From positions 1,650,001 through 1,682,000 of the forward strand of contig NC_008312.1 in NCBI RefSeq assembly GCF_000014265.1: a stretch of 32,000 nt of DNA. Direction: 5' to 3'. Every line of letters starts with the position of its first letter. The first letter of the stretch is position 1. The notes beneath the pieces were generated by a model that did not search any database, was not told the DNA's origin, and saw only the letters and a list, made by a program, of their open reading frames with translations. This document shows, piece after piece, positions 29,630 through 32,000 of this stretch. Origin of the DNA: Trichodesmium erythraeum IMS101. GTDB lineage: Bacteria > Cyanobacteriota > Cyanobacteriia > Cyanobacteriales > Microcoleaceae. Position numbers and translations under genes: made by a program.

Positions 29630-29960
29630 AATTTATTGGCGAGGTTTTCGTAAAAATACGATTTCTTTAGTTACAGAAGATTTAAGGATTAAAGAATAAA
29701 ATAATGACTATGATCAAGTTGTGTGTATATTTGACCGTGATTCCTTTCTGGTAGAAAATTTTAATCAACCCATCAAATATGCTCAAGATAATAATATTAA
29801 GGTATCATATTCTAATTCAACTTTTTAACCTTGGTATTTGTTACATTTTGATGATTGTAATACTGCAATTTATCCCAAACCAGATAAACAACTTTTAACT
29901 TAAAAGTATGAATAAAAAATATGCTAAAAATAGCAACACAATATGTGAAAATAGTGCCTT
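29630..29960 (+). pseudogene. Decayed RloB-like (Toprim-like, OLD-related) protein gene
   Basis: Translation gives YDQVVCIFDRDSFLVENFNQPIKYAQDNNIKVSYSNSTF*PWYLLHFDDCNTAI..., matching the RloB core YD.VWCVFDRD.....F..AI..A...GIKVAYSNPCFELWLLLHF. It has in-frame stops and no intact N-terminus. Confidence 0.55.
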
Positions 29961-30862
29961 TTTCACTCCACAAAAGTACCAGCTTTTGAGTAGCTTAAGA
30001 TCATGTATATTAGTATTTTGGCCAAACAAAAACAGAGAAATCAAAGGACAACTCTGACTCCTACCTCGTAATTAATTTCTATTTATTCCTAATTCCTAAC
30101 TTCACTCATAAGACTTTTTCCGTAAACTCTAAATAGGTGTGAAGCGATACATTTTCATCCTGTGAAGCACCACAAAAAATTTGCATCAATTAAGCTGGCA
30201 TTCTCAAAGCAAATCTGATACTATAGATATTAAAGTACTTGCTTGCACATAAGCTAGATTTTTTATTCAACAAAAAAAATCTAGGTCAATTACCAAAAAA
30301 TTGAGTCTAAAGCCTTGCCCTTTTGGGGTGACTGTTTAGTTATTTTTTTGAATAATGATTTTTTTTGATTCTGGGTGCTGACAATTAACTGTAAGTTATG
30401 GTTTATATATGGAAATGTTCATTAACATACAGTGTATAAATTTTTGATTAAAGGCAGAATGCAGAAGGTAAAAGTCAAAGAGCAGAAGTTTTTTTTAGTT
30501 ATGAAGTAAAAACCGCTATACTTCTTATAAAAGTTATTAGATTAATTTTAAATTCGTTCAAGTTACTACATATAAAATTATCATTCTTGGAATTACTGAA
30601 AATATTCTTCAAAGCCCTATTGGATATTAAAGTTAATTGTTTTGATAAAATATCCTGAAAAAGCCCATAGTTAAGCTTAATAAATTTATATCTTACTTAC
30701 TCAAAACTAAGAAAAACCATATTATTTTGAGCACTTCAAGAGCCAGAAATTATATAATTTATAATAGTAAAATTATATCATAATTGTCATCGTGGTTCCA
30801 AAAGAAGCCACAAACTTTATAAACAAAATAAATTTATTCACAATAAATGGGAATTCATATCC

Positions 30863-31252
30863 TCATATTAAACTATCATATTCATAATCTATACAGATAA
30901 TTAAACCTGCTAGTAACTCTTCAAGAATAGAATTTGAAACTCGCCCAAGACATCTCACAAATCTTTCATTAGCAATACTACGAACTTGAAGCACATTACC
31001 AGCAGAATCGTTATCTAAACCATTTTCATCAGTTTTCGGTATCGAAATCATAAATAGACGGTTTTTAAATTTAGATTGCCATTTAGCTATAGGAACAATA
31101 ATTTTAACACTTACTGATCTAAAAATGTTTGAACTAATCACAATTGCTGGGCGAGTTTTTTTTATTTCTTGACCTCTAGTAGGGTCTAATTTTACTAACC
31201 ATACTTCTCCTCTTTTAGGGTTATTCATCTCCTGTTTCCCAATCTTCTCCAT
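30863..31252 (-). CDS. Type II toxin, PemK/MazF family endoribonuclease
   Basis: PKRGEVWLVKLDPTRGQEIKKTRPAIVIS is the canonical MazF/PemK N-terminal motif. The ORF track opens at TTG 31255. ATG candidates are 31252 (overlapping the antitoxin stop by 32 nt) and 31228 (2 nt after the antitoxin stop). Confidence 0.85.
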   Translation of the reverse strand: MEKIGKQEMNNPKRGEVWLVKLDPTRGQEIKKTRPAIVISSNIFRSVSVKIIVPIAKWQSKFKNRLFMISIPKTDENGLDNDSAGNVLQVRSIANERFVRCLGRVSNSILEELLAGLIICIDYEYDSLI

Positions 31253-31523
31253 CAAGAATAAAAAACTCTGTTAATTCTGGATCATTCAAAAAATCTTCAG
31301 CAGTTTTATCTATTGATGGTGTTAATAATTTATGACGCTCTACTATAGGTAAACGGGCAATTTCTTTAAGAGATAACTGATTATTATAATTAACTTGAGA
31401 GTGGTTCAATTTATGTTGAATAAACTGAATAAAGTCTAGTACTTCCTGTTGTTTTTCTGGTGGTAATAATTTAAGATTATCCAAAATTACTTGCTCAATA
31501 TTATTATTTGTTATTGTCGTCAT
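31221..31523 (-). CDS. Putative antitoxin (DUF2281-like) cognate to the MazF/PemK toxin
   Basis: The gene lies immediately upstream of the toxin and abuts or overlaps it on the same strand. LPPEKQQEVLDFIQFIQHKL resembles DUF2281-type antitoxins, and the C-terminus is acidic (DGEDWETGDE). I chose ATG 31523 (MTTITNNN) because GGAG lies about 9 nt upstream. The ORF track extends to 31613. Confidence 0.6.
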   Translation of the reverse strand: MTTITNNNIEQVILDNLKLLPPEKQQEVLDFIQFIQHKLNHSQVNYNNQLSLKEIARLPIVERHKLLTPSIDKTAEDFLNDPELTEFFILDGEDWETGDE

Positions 31524-32000
31524 AAAATCCATCTCCAACTGATAGAAAAAAGTGAGCATATTGTCTACCCCAAATTCAACTATATCAAAATAGGCATTCA
31601 AATATTTGGCCATAGAATGATAAGTGATGATCGCTGTTTTAGACTTTTCTAGACAAAATTATTCCTTTGCATTCTGATGCAGATTAATTTTTTTAGTCTG
31701 TAACAAGTCTAATTTTTTGAACTGCTCCTAAATATTGGGGCAACTTGGATAACTGAAAACATTTATCAACAAGCCAAAATATTGTCAATTCTCTGCAATA
31801 CATCATTAGGGGCGTTTGAGGACAGAACATTATTTCGATAACTTCATGTTTATGGTCAGGGAAATTTAACAACTTTAGCTTTTTATGATACCTCGTATTA
31901 TCATAGCGGAAAATCAGGTTATTTGAGGTTAGTTAACTATTGTTGAAGATCTAATGTTTATTCACCATTAGTTTATATATATTGATCTAATTATACTGAA

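Noticed and set aside
28768-30100. Similar strings TAATTTCTATTTCCTGTTTCCTAATTTA (28768-28795) and TAATTTCTATTTATTCCTAATTCCTAAC (30073-30100) flanking the RloB remnant, considered as att-like direct repeats of an inserted islet
   Set aside because: Only 12 nt are identical in a row and the rest is loosely similar T/A-rich text. My rough estimate is that tens of chance 12-mer matches are expected in 32 kb of this composition. This is not enough evidence for insertion borders.
1-32000. Search for CRISPR arrays, tRNA, rRNA, tmRNA, RNase P RNA, SRP RNA, and group I/II intron cores
   Set aside because: I noticed no regularly spaced 28-37 nt repeats. I also found no T-loop/acceptor combinations, no conserved RNase P (GAGGAAAGTCC) string and no intron domain V string. 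Absence by eye is not proof, so cmscan and tRNAscan should confirm it.

Overview
AT-rich cyanobacterial chromosome segment. At least nine perfect HIP1 octamers (GCGATCGC) sit in otherwise AT-rich DNA. Together with the nirA-nrtP-narB layout and the large non-coding fraction, this suggests a Trichodesmium-like marine filamentous cyanobacterium (inference only). Left to right: (1) debris from several different IS families (1-1720). (2) A decayed CbbR/CmpR-type LysR regulator lying divergent to a convergent pair of BicA-type SulP/STAS transporters (1769-5711). (3) More IS debris, IS630-like and IS903-like (5922-7070). (4) A ~4.5 kb very AT-rich stretch with no credible ORF (7071-11571). (5) Housekeeping genes tsaB, ycf34 and a CCA-adding enzyme (11572-14551). 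(6) An MscS-type channel gene (15756-16877). (7) A solitary 1015-aa DUF3854/Toprim plus P-loop NTPase protein of the cyanobacterial plasmid-replication (CyRepA1-like) type, with ORF-free, repeat-bearing flanks (16878-21147). (8) A SAM methyltransferase gene (21148-21966). (9) The nitrate assimilation cluster nirA-nrtP-narB behind a 1 kb leader that carries a 59-bp nested palindrome (21967-28770). (10) A decayed RloB-like/ATPase defence remnant followed by an intact MazF/PemK toxin-antitoxin pair (28771-31613). I found no rRNA, tRNA or CRISPR array. I saw no obviously complete novel multi-gene system. The best candidates for follow-up are the orphan chromosomal CyRepA1-like replication module, the 4.5 kb non-coding stretch, and the eroded regulator next to the bicarbonate-transporter-like genes.
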